From the NCBI GenBank assembly GCA_001643675.2, contig LSRY02000006.1:992001-1056000 (forward strand): a DNA stretch of 64,000 nt, read 5' to 3'. Positions 12,102 to 24,385 of the stretch are shown piece by piece. Made by a program: the position numbers and the translations under genes. The DNA is from Monocercomonoides exilis PA203 (lineage: Eukaryota > Protista > Preaxostyla). Within the stretch, counting starts at the first letter, position 1; every line of letters starts with the position of its first letter. The notes below the pieces were generated by a model. That model was not told the DNA's origin. It saw only the letters and a program-made list of their open reading frames with translations, and did not search any database.

Positions 12102-13677
12102 CTTTCAATTGCTTCTTCCACACAGCGGCGTCTCCTTCTTTGGAGACGGGCAGCTGGATGCGATTGTGATGGACTACACGCCTTTCTCTGCTCCTTCTCA
12201 GTCACTCCACTCTTATCCTGTTCTGATGCCTCAGACATTCTCCTATTCTTCCGCAATGGCACATCCTCCTTCTTTCTCCCACCAGTCTGATCCTTTCTCT
12301 CCTTCTGTAGAATCATTCGGGATTTTGGATTCGAAGCAAACAAGCCAATCTCCAATGACTGCAAACAAAACTAACCTGAACAACAACCAAGACACACCCC
12401 GTTCTCCTCTCTCGCCTTCCAGTTTCTACGCGCCTTTGCCAACAATCGCCTCTCCAAGTGAAAGTACTGCTGTGTCAGTGAATGAGTCTGGAAGTGTGCT
12501 TCAGACAGCAGCGCTGACAAACAAGCTCACAAATGAGATGGGAAGCGATGTTAAGCAGATGCTTCTGTCTCAAAATGAGCAAAAGGAGAAGGAGACTTTG
12601 CCACAGCGTCAGATGACTGAGGAAGAAATTGCAGCAGAAGAAAGCCAAAGAGCATTGAAATTCGCACTTCAGATGGCAATGCTGACGAATCTGAGTGGAT
12701 TCGACGAGAAAGAGGAAGAAGAGGATGATGAATTGGAGAAAGAGGAAGATGATGATCTGGTGAAAGATGAGGATGATGAACTTCCAAAAGAAGAGGAAGA
12801 AGTCGACAAAGATAATAATAACGATAAACTTGATGAATCGGCTGAACATATGGACGAAGAATGTGTGAATTTATCGGAGGACAACCAAAAAGAAAGCGGG
12901 GAAGATGAAGCAAAAGAGGAGCCTTTATTATTGGAGAGTTCTTGCAGCACAAATATTTCTATTGAAAAATCAGAGTCGAATGAAGATGAACAAATTGACA
13001 GTCATACATCATTTTCTGAAAAAGTCGAAGAGAGCGACAAAATGGCTGATGCAAATGATTTGAATGTTGCAGAAACAAAATGTGATGTAAAAGAGCAAAA
13101 TGCAAACATGAAAAAAGAAGTTACATTGTCTAAGCATCTTTCTCCTTCACCTTTATCTTCTCCAACCATACTTAATAGAGCCGATGCTATTCCTTTTGTC
13201 AATCAGCAGCAAACTTCAGAAGTGGTGCATATGAATGAAGCAACAATTGATGCTTCCGGAGTCAAAAATGAAAGTGTAAACTTTATGCAGCAAGAACCAA
13301 AAGTCTTTTCAGCGCAAATGCCATCAGATTTATCTGCTCAGTCAAAAGAGCAAAAGATAACTGAGCATACTGCAAATACACCCGTTTTTGCGGATGCTTC
13401 GTCTGACTCCCCTCAAATTGACACTGAAGATGAAGAAGTGACTGAAACAACTGAAGCAACAGAGACAACAGAGGCAACAGAAACTGATGAATATTCTTCT
13501 GCGAGCCCTTTGCTTTTTTCATCCGCTTCGTCAGCTTCTTCTGTTTCTACAGCTTCAACAACTATGTCTTCATCATCAAGTTCATCTCCATCTCCTTCCC
13601 TTTATTGCTATTCAACGCCTCCAAGCGTTGCACTAACCTCAAAAAAGAAGAGATCAAAAAGGAAACCGAAAAAATAA
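6822..13677 (+). CDS. BCAS3 / plant ATG18f-h-like WD40 (PROPPIN-related) protein, ~2050 aa with long Ser-rich insertions
   Basis: Exons 6822-6847, 7034-7150, 7205-7319, 7382-7501, 7575-7691, 7923-12025 and 12126-13677 are phase-compatible (6150 nt). Motifs in BCAS3 order: LIVGYLRGLLVYDL, SLHCSSDWMAV, VTGRWLLFA, LIRGTTPAPI, SDHGTIHLF, WVREVDAMTH..FPIWREPKF. Confidence 0.75.
12066..12100 (+). repeat. (TTTC)n microsatellite in the last intron of the BCAS3-like gene
   Basis: About 8 tandem TTTC units read directly. Confidence 0.8.
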
Positions 13678-14537
13678 TGATGAAATGCTATGTTTCTGAT
13701 TGATGTTTTCATTTTCTATTTTGGGTCAAAGTTGTTTTTTTATTAGATTATAATTTTATAGTTGTTTAATTTTTTTTTTGACAGTTTATGTTCTTTTAAC
13801 TCATTCATTTTTGGAAAAAAATAATTTTTTTTTTGAACTTTTTGAATTTTTACAATCATCTTTTGGTTTTCGTTATTTGTATTGTGTCTGTTTTGTTGTT
13901 TTAAACACGCTGAAGGATTTTTTTACTGTTTTATTTAAAAAAACAATAATTTGTTTTGAAGATTCTTTTATCATCATACGAATTATGTGAATGGATTTTT
14001 CAATAAGAAAAAGTGTTTTTCAGAAATATAGTTTTGTGATAAATGTTCTGTGGATGAGAATAATGACAATCATTTCAGTAAAAAAAATAAAAAAAGAAAA
14101 AGAAAAAAGGAATGAAAGAAGAAAGGAAGGAAGGAAGGTTAAAAGAAATTAGATAAAAGAAAAGAAAAGAAGAAAGAATACGACTGTCCTCACAGAAAAT
14201 ATTGACTGAAAAATCAAAGAAAATATTCAAAACTTGTATGTTGAGGTTTGCTAAGTTTGAAAATTCTTCAAATAAAGGAAAAGCAGAAACAAACCGCTTG
14301 ATTTCTCTTGATTGCTGTCAATTATTCAAAATTTATTAATCAAAGCACCCATAACAGAAAACACAGAATAAAGAATTATTTTTCTTCGTTATTCTTTGCC
14401 AAAAATGTCAATACAACACAAAGTGGTATGAACATTAATATTTTGATGGCTGTTTTGAGTTTTTGTTGCGCTTAATTTTTCCGCCAAACATGCACATATT
14501 CAAATTGAATGCCAAAATGATTTGCTTTCTTGTCACA

Positions 14538-15950
14538 ATGCTTTTTAAAGGTACAGGATACAGATAGCACTAAAAAGTTCAATAGTGCGTGCATTGTTGC
14601 ATTGAAATTCATGATGAATCTTTTTCATTTATTCTTTATTTTTTATTATAGAATTGCTCAACGAATTGGGCAATGATTCAGCAGATGAGCAAAAACGGAA
14701 AATCGAAGAGATGAATTATGTGATGGAGGAGATTGGCAAAGAAAATTTTGAATCACTTTTAACAGGAGAAATGTTCAACAAAATAGATAAAATGATTGAA
14801 GAAGAGAAATTATCGATGGAAAATGCAATTTTATTGATGAAACACTTTGGATATTGGATAGAGAATAAAAATATATGGATTGATATCTTTGAAGAATCTT
14901 TATTGAATAAAAGATTTGAGAAGATGATTATTGAAGAAAATATGAAAAACGAAGAAAAAAACGAAAAGTTTCTTGTTGATCTTTGTGAATGTTATGTTTT
15001 TCATAGACATCATTTCTCATCTGAATTTCTTTCGATTTGCACTCGCTGTCTTGTAAAATATGCTTTGAGAAAAGAGGAAAAAGAGGAAAAAAGAAAAGAA
15101 GTTGAAATGGCTTTATTAGCTATAAATTCAATTCACTTATATCTTGTGTGAGAATTTCTGTTTTATTTTTTTGATATCAAAAATTATTCTTCCTTGTTTT
15201 TATGTTAGCTAATAGAGCAAGAAGTTTATATTAAGGAAATTACAGTATTCATCTGGCATCTTCAAGAGCTTTGCAGTATGGCACTGCTTGCCAATCAATC
15301 CACTTAGATATTTTTGAAAAACAGAATATACCATGAAAGAAGCTTGGAAGATGTTGCGGTGAATGAGTTGCATTTCGCAAAAGAGGTGGAAAAAGAATTG
15401 GAAGATCTGATAAGAAGTGTGGATTGTAAGAGAGAGAAAGAAGAGAAAGATGTGCATATTATCAGGAGATTGCTCAATGAGGTTTATGATTTCTTCGATT
15501 CAAGCATGTTGTGGAACGAAGAATTTGCTAAGCTCATCGGAAGCATAGTTCAAATATTTCGAGCATCAAGGGACAATTACGGAGAAATTTACCAGAAATG
15601 CATTTTTATATAAAAAACAGCCACATAAAGCAGATGCGTGAAAGTTGATGGCTTGCTGAAAGACAGAGCTGTTGATGCTGTTTTTGAGGAGATATATCGA
15701 CCAAGGTTGAATGATATGATATTTAACAGCTTGATATTCTTTCGAAATGTTTCAATGCAATTGAAAGAAGAGTCGGATAAAGAAATAAAAGAGGTGAAAA
15801 GAATAGAGCTGAAAAGGAAAGAATTTGAAAAGATAAAGAAGAAAAATATGAAGACATTGTAATAAATTTTCGTATATTTTTTGATTTGATAAATAGAAAA
15901 CGTTTATTTGCATCAAGAACGATTATTGAAGATTATTTTGTGAATGAATA
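14538..15950 (+). pseudogene. Disrupted copy of a lineage-expanded helical hypothetical family (…EQKRKIEEMN…KLSMENAILL…EVEMALLA…DYFVN type)
   Basis: Track ORFs 14654-15151, 15314-15613 and 15638-15862 are colinear pieces of one protein. They are broken by an in-frame TAG (~15305), TAAs (~15611-15628) and apparent frameshifts near 14545 and 15845. Family resemblance to Monocercomonoides expanded genes is from memory. Confidence 0.7.
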
Positions 15951-16009
15951 AAAAAATGAAATCAATTTGGTTTTGAAACACACGTTTTTTATCTTCCTAT
16001 TTTTCATTA

Positions 16010-16047
16010 CAGTCAGTGCCAAAGCCGATCCTTGGTGCGAAACCCGA
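16010..16047 (+). repeat. Left terminal inverted repeat of pogo element
   Basis: cagtcagtgccaaagccgatccttggtgcgaaacccga, preceded by TA. Confidence 0.95.
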
Positions 16048-16302
16048 ACCAAAAGAGAGAGAGAATGCGATCATTTTTCGAAGTTGTTTAATATTTCTTC
16101 AACAAAAAACAAAATATATTCAACTATTCGTTGAAAACCAGGTATTTGGCAACATATTTAGTAATTAACTAATGAAATAATAAACAAAGAATATGTATTT
16201 TGTGTTTGAATTATTATTGAAAAAATAAAATATAATTGATATGAAGCAATTCTTTAAAAGAAAATTTGAAATTAATTCGTCAAAATGGTCTGAAGACTGA
16301 AG

Positions 16303-18289
16303 TTAAATTCTGCAGTTGTATTTAGAGTAGTATGTTTCTCTAATGTGTTTCTCTTTCAAATTAAATAAAGGAGAAATTTCTCTGGGAGGGTGATCGAAAT
16401 CTCTGTTTTCATTTTTTGAAGTTGATTTCACTTCTTTTTCATTGACTTTGACCATTTCAATCATTCTCTTTGCTTTTTTTCTCGAAAACTTTTTTTCCTT
16501 TGCTGGTTCTTTATTCAACATTTCATTAAGTTCTTGTCGACTATGTTTATTCTCACGTTTCTTTTCAGAAGATGAAGTTGGTTTTCCAATTTTCGCAAGC
16601 TGCTTTTGAAGAAAATGGAAATGCTCTTTTGTTGATTCAATTTGTTTCATTAGCTCTGATTCATCCATCTCATTTGCTCCTTCTGTTGGCTTTTCGTCAG
16701 TTGTATTTTCGTCGGTTGAATATTTTCTGTGATTAACGATCAACTTTGTAGGTTCTTTTGATATTTCAGAATCTTTTAGAGATGAATATTTTGAAGGTGT
16801 GAAGAAGGTAATTGTTTGTCGCTTTGAGGAGAATAATTCCAAAACAACTCTTCTCTTCAATCTCGCGATGAAACAGAAGTTTCAGAATTGCTTTTAAGAT
16901 TCTGTATTGGTGATCCAGATATGCGATCCAAAACTGGGGCGGCAGCAACAGACCAAACTCCGCTTTTAATGAAAGCTGATTTGATTGTGGAAGGCATTGT
17001 TGCTGCAGCTACTGCTTCAGGGAGAATATCCGCAAGTGATGCTCTGTTTGAATGAATTGAAAACGGAGAAGGAATTTGAAACTTGTTATAAAGCGTTGTT
17101 TTCAAACGAGAGAAGATGCATGAATCACATGGTTGTTAAAGATGAGTCATGTTGTGAGGAAAGAATTTAATAATTATGTTGTGTTCCTCAGCAGATCTTG
17201 AAACAGAATCATCCGTATGAGTAATATGATTATCCATCAAAAACAGGGCTTTATGTGTAGTGGATGGTTTAACTTTGGACACGATCCATGAAATCCTGCT
17301 ATTGATCATGACACTTCTAAAAATCTCTTCAGTCATCCATCCCGATGAGGAAGGAAGAACATCAATATCGAAAGATGAAAGTGAAGAAAAATCTTCGGGT
17401 AAACATTTTGTTGGCCAAAGAAGAAATTTTCTTGGAGAGGATTTATCCGCACATACACATAAGCACAACGTTGAATTTGGCACTTTCGGAGGAGCTGGAG
17501 AAGATGGAGGAATTTGATTTTTCAGGCAAGCAATCAGTTTACTTGGACTTTTATTCAAATTCAATGAGGTTTCATCAAAATTAAATATTTTTGAAGAATC
17601 AATGTGATTTTCGTTAATCACATTTGACAATTCTTCAAACCATTGTCTGACATTCTCTGGCGATTGAGCCGCAATTTTTGAAATGTCAGTTGGCCTTGAA
17701 ATTGCAGCATGAATAATTTCACTTCTTTTTAATAACTTGAATGCATATTTTTCGTTTATTTTTCTTGGCTCGTTTTCATCTGTTGAATCCTTTTCGAGAA
17801 TATCCACGCACTCATAAAAATGTGTATTTAAAAAAATGAAAAGTCAAAAACAAATAAAACCATGTTTTGAACGTCATGCACTCGAACAGTTTCCTGTTCT
17901 GACAACTTCACAAGAACTTGATTTTCTATTATTTCGAGCTGTGGCGAATTAATTGTTAAAGGATGCCCATCAACTCCAATATCCCTTCCTTCCTTTTGCG
18001 CTTTGATTCCCCTGAGCCAAGCTCCTTTGGATTTAAGTTTTTCATTTACGGCAGTTTGCCATTTCAGTGAATAATCATTTCGAATTGCAAATATTTTTTT
18101 CGTTGTTGAAGGAATGGAACGATATTTGCTGGATGCAAGTTCGCGATGAAGTTGAAGAGGAGAGAGATATGTTTTGTTGCTCATGTTATATGGGTCATGA
18201 TCAAATTGAAAATCCCGATAACTGTTTTTCGTTACAACTTTTTGCATTACTTGATATATATCATCGTTTTTTGTGTCAATTTCTTTCAA
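16303..18289 (-). pseudogene. pogo-type DD35D transposase with one intron, a premature stop and a probable frameshift
   Basis: Motifs FNFDETSL, LMDNHITH and THL*QPCD, with 35 residues between the 2nd and 3rd Asp. In-frame TAA at 17136-17138, frame change near 16860, and candidate intron 17860-17811. The true start codon is unclear. Confidence 0.85.
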
Positions 18290-18507
18290 TAACTCAAATA
18301 TGATCTCATTTTTTCCTTATATGAGAATTTAAAATGAAAATATTCGTTCTTTTCTATTTCATCAATCATTTCATTGACTTGTGATTTCATAATTGCCAAA
18401 CATAGATTGATGATGATTATTGTGTTAATTTATCATGTTTTTATTTTTTGAAATGCATTGATGAGAATTTATTTTCAAAATTTTCGATATCAGCATATTT
18501 TAAAGGA

Positions 18508-18545
18508 TCGGGTTTCGCACCAAGGATAGGCTTTGGCACTGACTG
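18508..18545 (-). repeat. Right terminal inverted repeat of pogo element
   Basis: tcgggtttcgcaccaaggataggctttggcactgactg, followed by TA; reverse complement of the left TIR with one mismatch. Confidence 0.95.
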
Positions 18546-19656
18546 TATTTCATAAAATTGAAACAGGTTATTTTAAGATTTTTTTTCTTAATTAACGTTT
18601 TGCTAATGTCACCACGAGCTTTTGAAATCGAATATTTTCCTTATTCAAATTGCTTTTAATCTTTCCTTTTTTATATTTTTGGTTATTAAAGACTTAAGGA
18701 ACTCTTTTTATTCAACAATTTTACAAATCTCACCTTTTGATATTCCACTGAAATAGTGTTATGTTAAGTAATAATTTCATATGATGCAAATTTGAAGCTT
18801 TTTTGGAAAAAAAAAACCACGATTTATTCCGAACTTTTTCTTCTTTCATTCCATGATAAGTCTTGGATTTGGATACAAAAAATATTTGCAAAAAAAACAT
18901 TTATATGTTGATATATTTGAAGAAAAAGAGCAAAATAGATTATTAGTGCAAAATTTTGAAAGCTTCATATTTCGAACAAAATATTTTTTTGTGAATAAAA
19001 TTACACTTCTTTTTTAAAAGACTTTTTAAATATCAAAAAATCTGTTAATTTGAATCAAACGACATTACTCACATTTTATCACCAAATTTGTATGAATGGT
19101 TGAAATGTGTAAAGAATACAATTAAAACTCAAAAGAAATACCGCGTGGAAATTCATTCCTCCCAACATATGTAATCCATTGACGATTGATCCAAATTATA
19201 GGAGTTGCAGAGTAAAAGCAAAAAGTTAAAATATAAATTCACCGTACAAGTTATATTATAAAAGAACATAAAAAAGAAAGTAAAGTTCAACTCGGAAATA
19301 ATTTTATGTAATCAAAATCTTTAAAATAACACTGAAAGCGTGATAAAACTTTACAAAATGAATATTTATCACAAAAATCGAAAAGTGTTAAGGGCCAAAA
19401 CTAAAAGTGGCTCAAAACAACAACTATAAAATAACAAATAACATTATGTACATTTTGCTTTACAAGAGAATTCAACGTTATACAAAAACACTGTTTAAAA
19501 AAAAAAAAGTTATTTGTACAGTTAACGAAAAGAAATTTGTAATTCACGAATCAGAGAGTAAAAATACATAAAACTCATTTACTTTTAATCACAAATAACA
19601 AAGCCGCATTTCTCTTGAAAAAGTTGAATCATTTTCCTTTTTGTATTTGATAAAGT

Positions 19657-22600
19657 TCATATTGGCACTCGAAATGCTTCGTCCGTTATTTCCTTGTCAA
19701 ATTGCGGCCTGTAGCTCATTGTCCTGTGCTTAAGAAGCCCCACATCAAGTTCATCTCCTTCGTCAATGCCAACACCTCCCATGCTTTTCGTTCTCGTTAA
19801 AGTGCCCCTTCTTGAAACAGATAGTTGCCTGTGGGGCTTTAGCGCAGTTCGCACAAAGCACGTTTTACACGGAAGGTCAAACGACAATATCACCTCCAGC
19901 CACATCACAACCCCTCCAAAAATGCCCATAAGCCCCATCATCGTTGACATGATGTTCGCCAAAAACGCTCCCAACGATGCTCTGTCCTTGAACATCGTCA
20001 AAATCACGCTCGTCTCTTGCATCAGCTCCACATTCACATACAGCCCAAACACCGTGTTGATCTCGTCTTCAGATGCAGTTGTCCCTTCCTTGTATGTCGC
20101 CTTGATTGCTTGATATCCCATCATGCGCTTTCCTGTGTTATCTTCAAACACAGACGCTGATAGCTTGTACTCAAACACAGTCGCCTCGCCTCCTTTAAAA
20201 GGCCTCCCGTCCTTCGTCCGAGCCAGCAGCTCGATGGATGAGTCCGACTCGTTGAATGAATGCTCCTTCCCGTGCTGGATCCCACTGTCGATGTCCAAAT
20301 CCGCCGTGATAGAGTTGGCGTAGCTGTCCAGGTTGTATGTCGCCAGTCTCACAGATGGGTGCTTTCCGTTGGACAGAAACACAAGTCGCACATTCTCGCC
20401 TTTCACTAACACCTCACAGTGCGACACCGGACGGATCATGGAATTGTCAGAAGGTGTCTGCCTGCAGCTGATAGACAATGGATCATCAGAGCCTGTGCAA
20501 TCAAAAGAAAAAATACACAATAATAAGGAATAATGTAAAAAAATATTAAAATAAACATATTGTGAGATATGAAATGTAACACATTAAAATAAACACAACA
20601 ATACCTACACGCTTCAAATTATTCACTTCGATGTGAAGCGATTTGTCGCACGGCTGCCAGTCTGTCTGCGTGTTGTGGTCTGCCAAGTTCGCAATGCAAA
20701 GACCTGCATAATCCTCCAGCTTTATCCGAACAGTTATATTGCGCGTGGTGATGTTGCTCATATCGATCGTTTGGTCCAGTACAGATGACACAATCGACTT
20801 CGTCTCCACTTTCCCATTCACAAAGTACTCCAAAATGACACTCCCTCCTGCCCCCGCTGCAAAGAACACAAAAATGATTGAGACAAACCCGCCTATACTT
20901 GTCTTCCGCACCGTCAGTGGTGCAGAAAGTGTCATTGGGTCCACCACCACTCGGTGCTTTGCAGAAAACAGATCCACTTTTGCAAGTAACACACGCGATG
21001 GGCAGCACACGCAAATAACTGCTGCCCCAACCCCTACAAATAGTGACACAACATACGCAACGGCTGTTGCTGTTCCTGCAAAACTGTCCTCTCCATAAAA
21101 CCGCTCAGGCTGTTTGTCTGCATCTACTTCCCTTTGTACCATTGTTGAGTTCTGCGTCTTCGCCCCAATTGGACAGTACCTCCCTTCTTCGCACCGAATG
21201 CACGATGCCTGCCCTTCCAACGCCGAGTAAGTGCCAGCCGGGCAAGCAATGCAGTGGTATCCAGATGAACCTCCTTCATATGCATTGTATGATCCTCCAA
21301 AGCACTTGATACATTCCCCGCGAAGATTCCATTCTCGAAAGAACGAGCCTTTTGCACAAGGAATACATTCATCATCTTCGTCATCATCTTCTTCTTCATT
21401 TTGTGCTTCACCAACACTTTTAGCAGGTAGAAAAGCTCTTCTTTCGTTCTTCTTGTACTGGTGCTCCTGCTCTGAAATATCGCGCGTTCCTATCGAACAG
21501 CTGAATAATTTATGGTCCAAATGAAATATGTGCATTTCGTTATGAAACTGATTGTCAATAGGAGTTGAGTGTGAAAGCCTGTTTCCTCCAAAAAAATAGA
21601 TCTTCCGCTTGAAATACTGTCCAGAAGCACCAAACACATACGGCATCTCCATCGACGGCTTGCCTCCTGTCATCGATCCCTCCGCTTTGTGCCTTGTAAC
21701 ACTTCCGTGCTGCAGATCTCGAACATTAACCATCTCAATTGAGTTTCTCACATAATCCTCTTCTGCTCCTCCTATCGCAATAAACTGCTTATCTCCTGGC
21801 ACAATAGTTGCTCCTTTCTTTAGGGAAGCCCACACTTCACCTTCTTCGTTCTCAACAGGAATCGGCTTTGTGTAATATGCGCGGATAAGCTCATCGTCGT
21901 GCTTCACTCCGTACTCTGCAAAGTCCACATCAACAGCCAGCGGAATCAGCACCGCATCAATTTCCTTCACAACCTCTCCTTTCCCGTCGTACCCTCCTGC
22001 AATCGCCAACAACTCAGAGTCATTAGCTCCTATCTGGTGCACCGTGCGTTTCGTAATCACCGCTCTCTCTCGTCTTTTCAGCTCCCAAGGTGCAGACGGG
22101 CCTCCGAGCTGTGTCCCTGCAGCGCTTGCATTGAACTCCAGTTTGTCATATCCTTCTCCAGAAACCACAATCTTCGGCGAGTACCACAAGTTCATTTTCT
22201 TCCATTCATTCGTCAGTAGAGAATACCGCCACAACTCGTTTGTCACCGAAGAGTCGCTCAGCTTCCCTCCAAAATAGTACAAGCACCTTCCAACCATCAC
22301 CCCTGTCGTCCCACATCGCCCAGAAGGCCGAAGATCAGTCGACGGATCTACCTTCTTCCACTCCTCATGAACAATCGAGTACTCCCACAAATCGTTTCCA
22401 ATAGTTTTGCTCGTTCCTGCTGCATCGCCTTTTTCCCCTCCAAATATAAACAGCCTGCTCGCATGCTCAACAATACCAAAATTAGCAATCCCTGGTGGTT
22501 CAATTTCACCCTTGCTCTTGTGCTCCTTCCATTCCTGCTTCAAGTAATCAAATGAATAAAGATCATTCACTATAATCGGATAATTCCCCTTCCCTTCCCC

Positions 22601-24073
22601 CTCCTTCTTTCCTCCAAACACAAACATCCTCCCAAGCACACTCACAGAACCGTGACCTGTTCTCCCTGCTGGTACCTCTCGCACTCCTGATGACTCCACT
22701 TCGAACAATGCCCCCTTGTTCTCTGTATTCTTCCCCCAATTATGACGCTCTCCTCGCTCTATCCCTTCATTCAATGGTTTCTCCTGTTCGCTTTCGTTAA
22801 CTTCCATGCGACCTTCCTCTGTTCCATTCACTGAAAATCCTCCTGCTATATTTTTATTCATCGTTTTTGCTTGTGTTTCTCCCTCTTTGAGAAGAACAGA
22901 AATTAGATTGTCAGACAAATGATCCTTCCCCATTCCTCCATAAACAAACAGCTTCACTCTCTCCTTCACTTCCCCTTTTTCAGTCACATTCACGCGTACA
23001 GCTATCATCCCTGCCTGCCTCCGCTCCCACCCAGCAAACTCCTCATTGCCATCTTCTTCTTCATGTTGCTTCACTTTCAGCTTTGAATACACGGCAGAGG
23101 CAGAATCATGCTGTTTTGTGGTTTGAGGAAATTGATAGCATGTGATAGAGGGAGAAGACGATCTAAAGTCAATTGCTAGCAAGTTTTCATGAAATGTGCG
23201 TGTATGCCCGCTGCTCTTTAACCCGCCATACAGATAAAGCACCCCATCCAGAGCACAGTAGCTGCATTCAATCCTTCCACCACAATATTCCTCGTACACT
23301 CTCGGTGCCGTCCAAGTCATTGAATTCGTGTCAAATTCGTATATCGTCAGATTTTCATCGCATTCCCTGTTTGCGCTTTCTCCCCCAACCACAAACAGCG
23401 ATCCTCGCCAAAAAATCATTGCTCCATTCATCCGTCCAAAAGGAACATTCTGCAAATTTGTGCTTGTATCTTCAAACAATTGACGCCATTCCCGCTTCCT
23501 TACATCAAACTGCCAAACATCGTTAAGTGTTTTCTTCTCATTTTCTCCCCCAAAAATGTAAAACATCCCGTCTCCATCTGCTTCTCCATTGTAGCACCCA
23601 ACACCTCCATATCTCCACGGGGGCACTTTTCCAACAATCTCCTCTCTCCAAGTATGCCGCGTGTAAGAAAATGAATGCATTGTTCCCATCAATCCGTCTT
23701 TTCCTTTCCCGCTCCATGCAAAAAACTGTGTGCTTGTTGAAAAATGCAAATACCCTACCAATCCCGGACAATAGTATTGCCCATTTTCACCTTCCAATTT
23801 CCAAAAAGAATTATTTTCCTCATAATTGTAACTGTATATGTCTGTTTCAACGCTTCTTTGTGTGTCTCTTCCATGAAATAAATAGAACTTGGCATCTGCA
23901 CAATTATACGGTCTTGTCATAACCGGGAGAATTCTCGATGAAGGCGGTGAACCAAATTTTGGAAATGGTCGTGCAGATAAAACGAGATTGGCCTCGTGAA
24001 CTTTCTTAGAAGCATCATCTGCTTCGACCATAACCAAATACACAATCAAAGTTAAAAATTGAAAGCACCTCAT
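19657..24073 (-). CDS. Secreted-pathway Kelch-repeat + Cys-rich (ephrin-receptor-like/GCC2-GCC3) multi-pass membrane protein
   Basis: Hydrophobic N-terminus, many Kelch GG..Y/W repeats (FYIFGG, LFVVGG, LYLYGG, MFVFGG, LYYFGG), CxxCxxG(S/T)(F/Y) repeats and three hydrophobic helices. One intron (~20610-20492) joins the two track ORFs. Confidence 0.85.
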
Positions 24074-24385
24074 ATATTCAACAAAAAGGTTTGCAAAAAT
24101 ATAGCTTCAGTGATCTTTCAATCCTTGTTCGTCTGCTTTCTTTTAAATTAATTGTTCAAAAAAAGACTCTTGCAATTATGGTTCATAACATCAAAAATAA
24201 TTTTATTATTCATCGATTGCACTGTTAATTGTTTCGATAAAATACATAATTTTAACAAACAGAATTTATATAAATCTTTCATTTAAGCGCGTGTTTTAAG
24301 CAATCCGTGAAGCGAATTTTTGAAGTGAAAAAATATAGAAATGAAAAGATCTTTGAAATCGATTTAACGCAACAAAAATAATAAA

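Larger units (their letters stand above)
16010..18545 (-). mobile_element. Full-length pogo/Fot1-like (Tc1-mariner superfamily) DNA transposon, 2536 bp
   Basis: 38-bp TIRs CAGTCAGTGCCAAAGCC(G/T)ATCCTTGGTGCGAAACCCGA with 1 mismatch, a TA dinucleotide on each side (16008-16009, 18546-18547), and an internal DDE_1-type transposase. Confidence 0.95.

Noticed and set aside
12019-12125. 552-aa ORF as a separate gene with hydrophobic leader
   Set aside because: The leader is a translated (TTTC)n intron; the exon splices in phase to the BCAS3-like ORF.
17136-17138. TAA read as Gln (non-canonical oxymonad code) or programmed readthrough
   Set aside because: Multi-kb host ORFs have no in-frame TAA/TAG and genes end in TAA/TAG/TGA. 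The pogo consensus has Leu here, so a point mutation is simpler.
19080-19215. Short GC-richer stretch with a ~30-codon open frame
   Set aside because: No start/splice context or recognisable motif.
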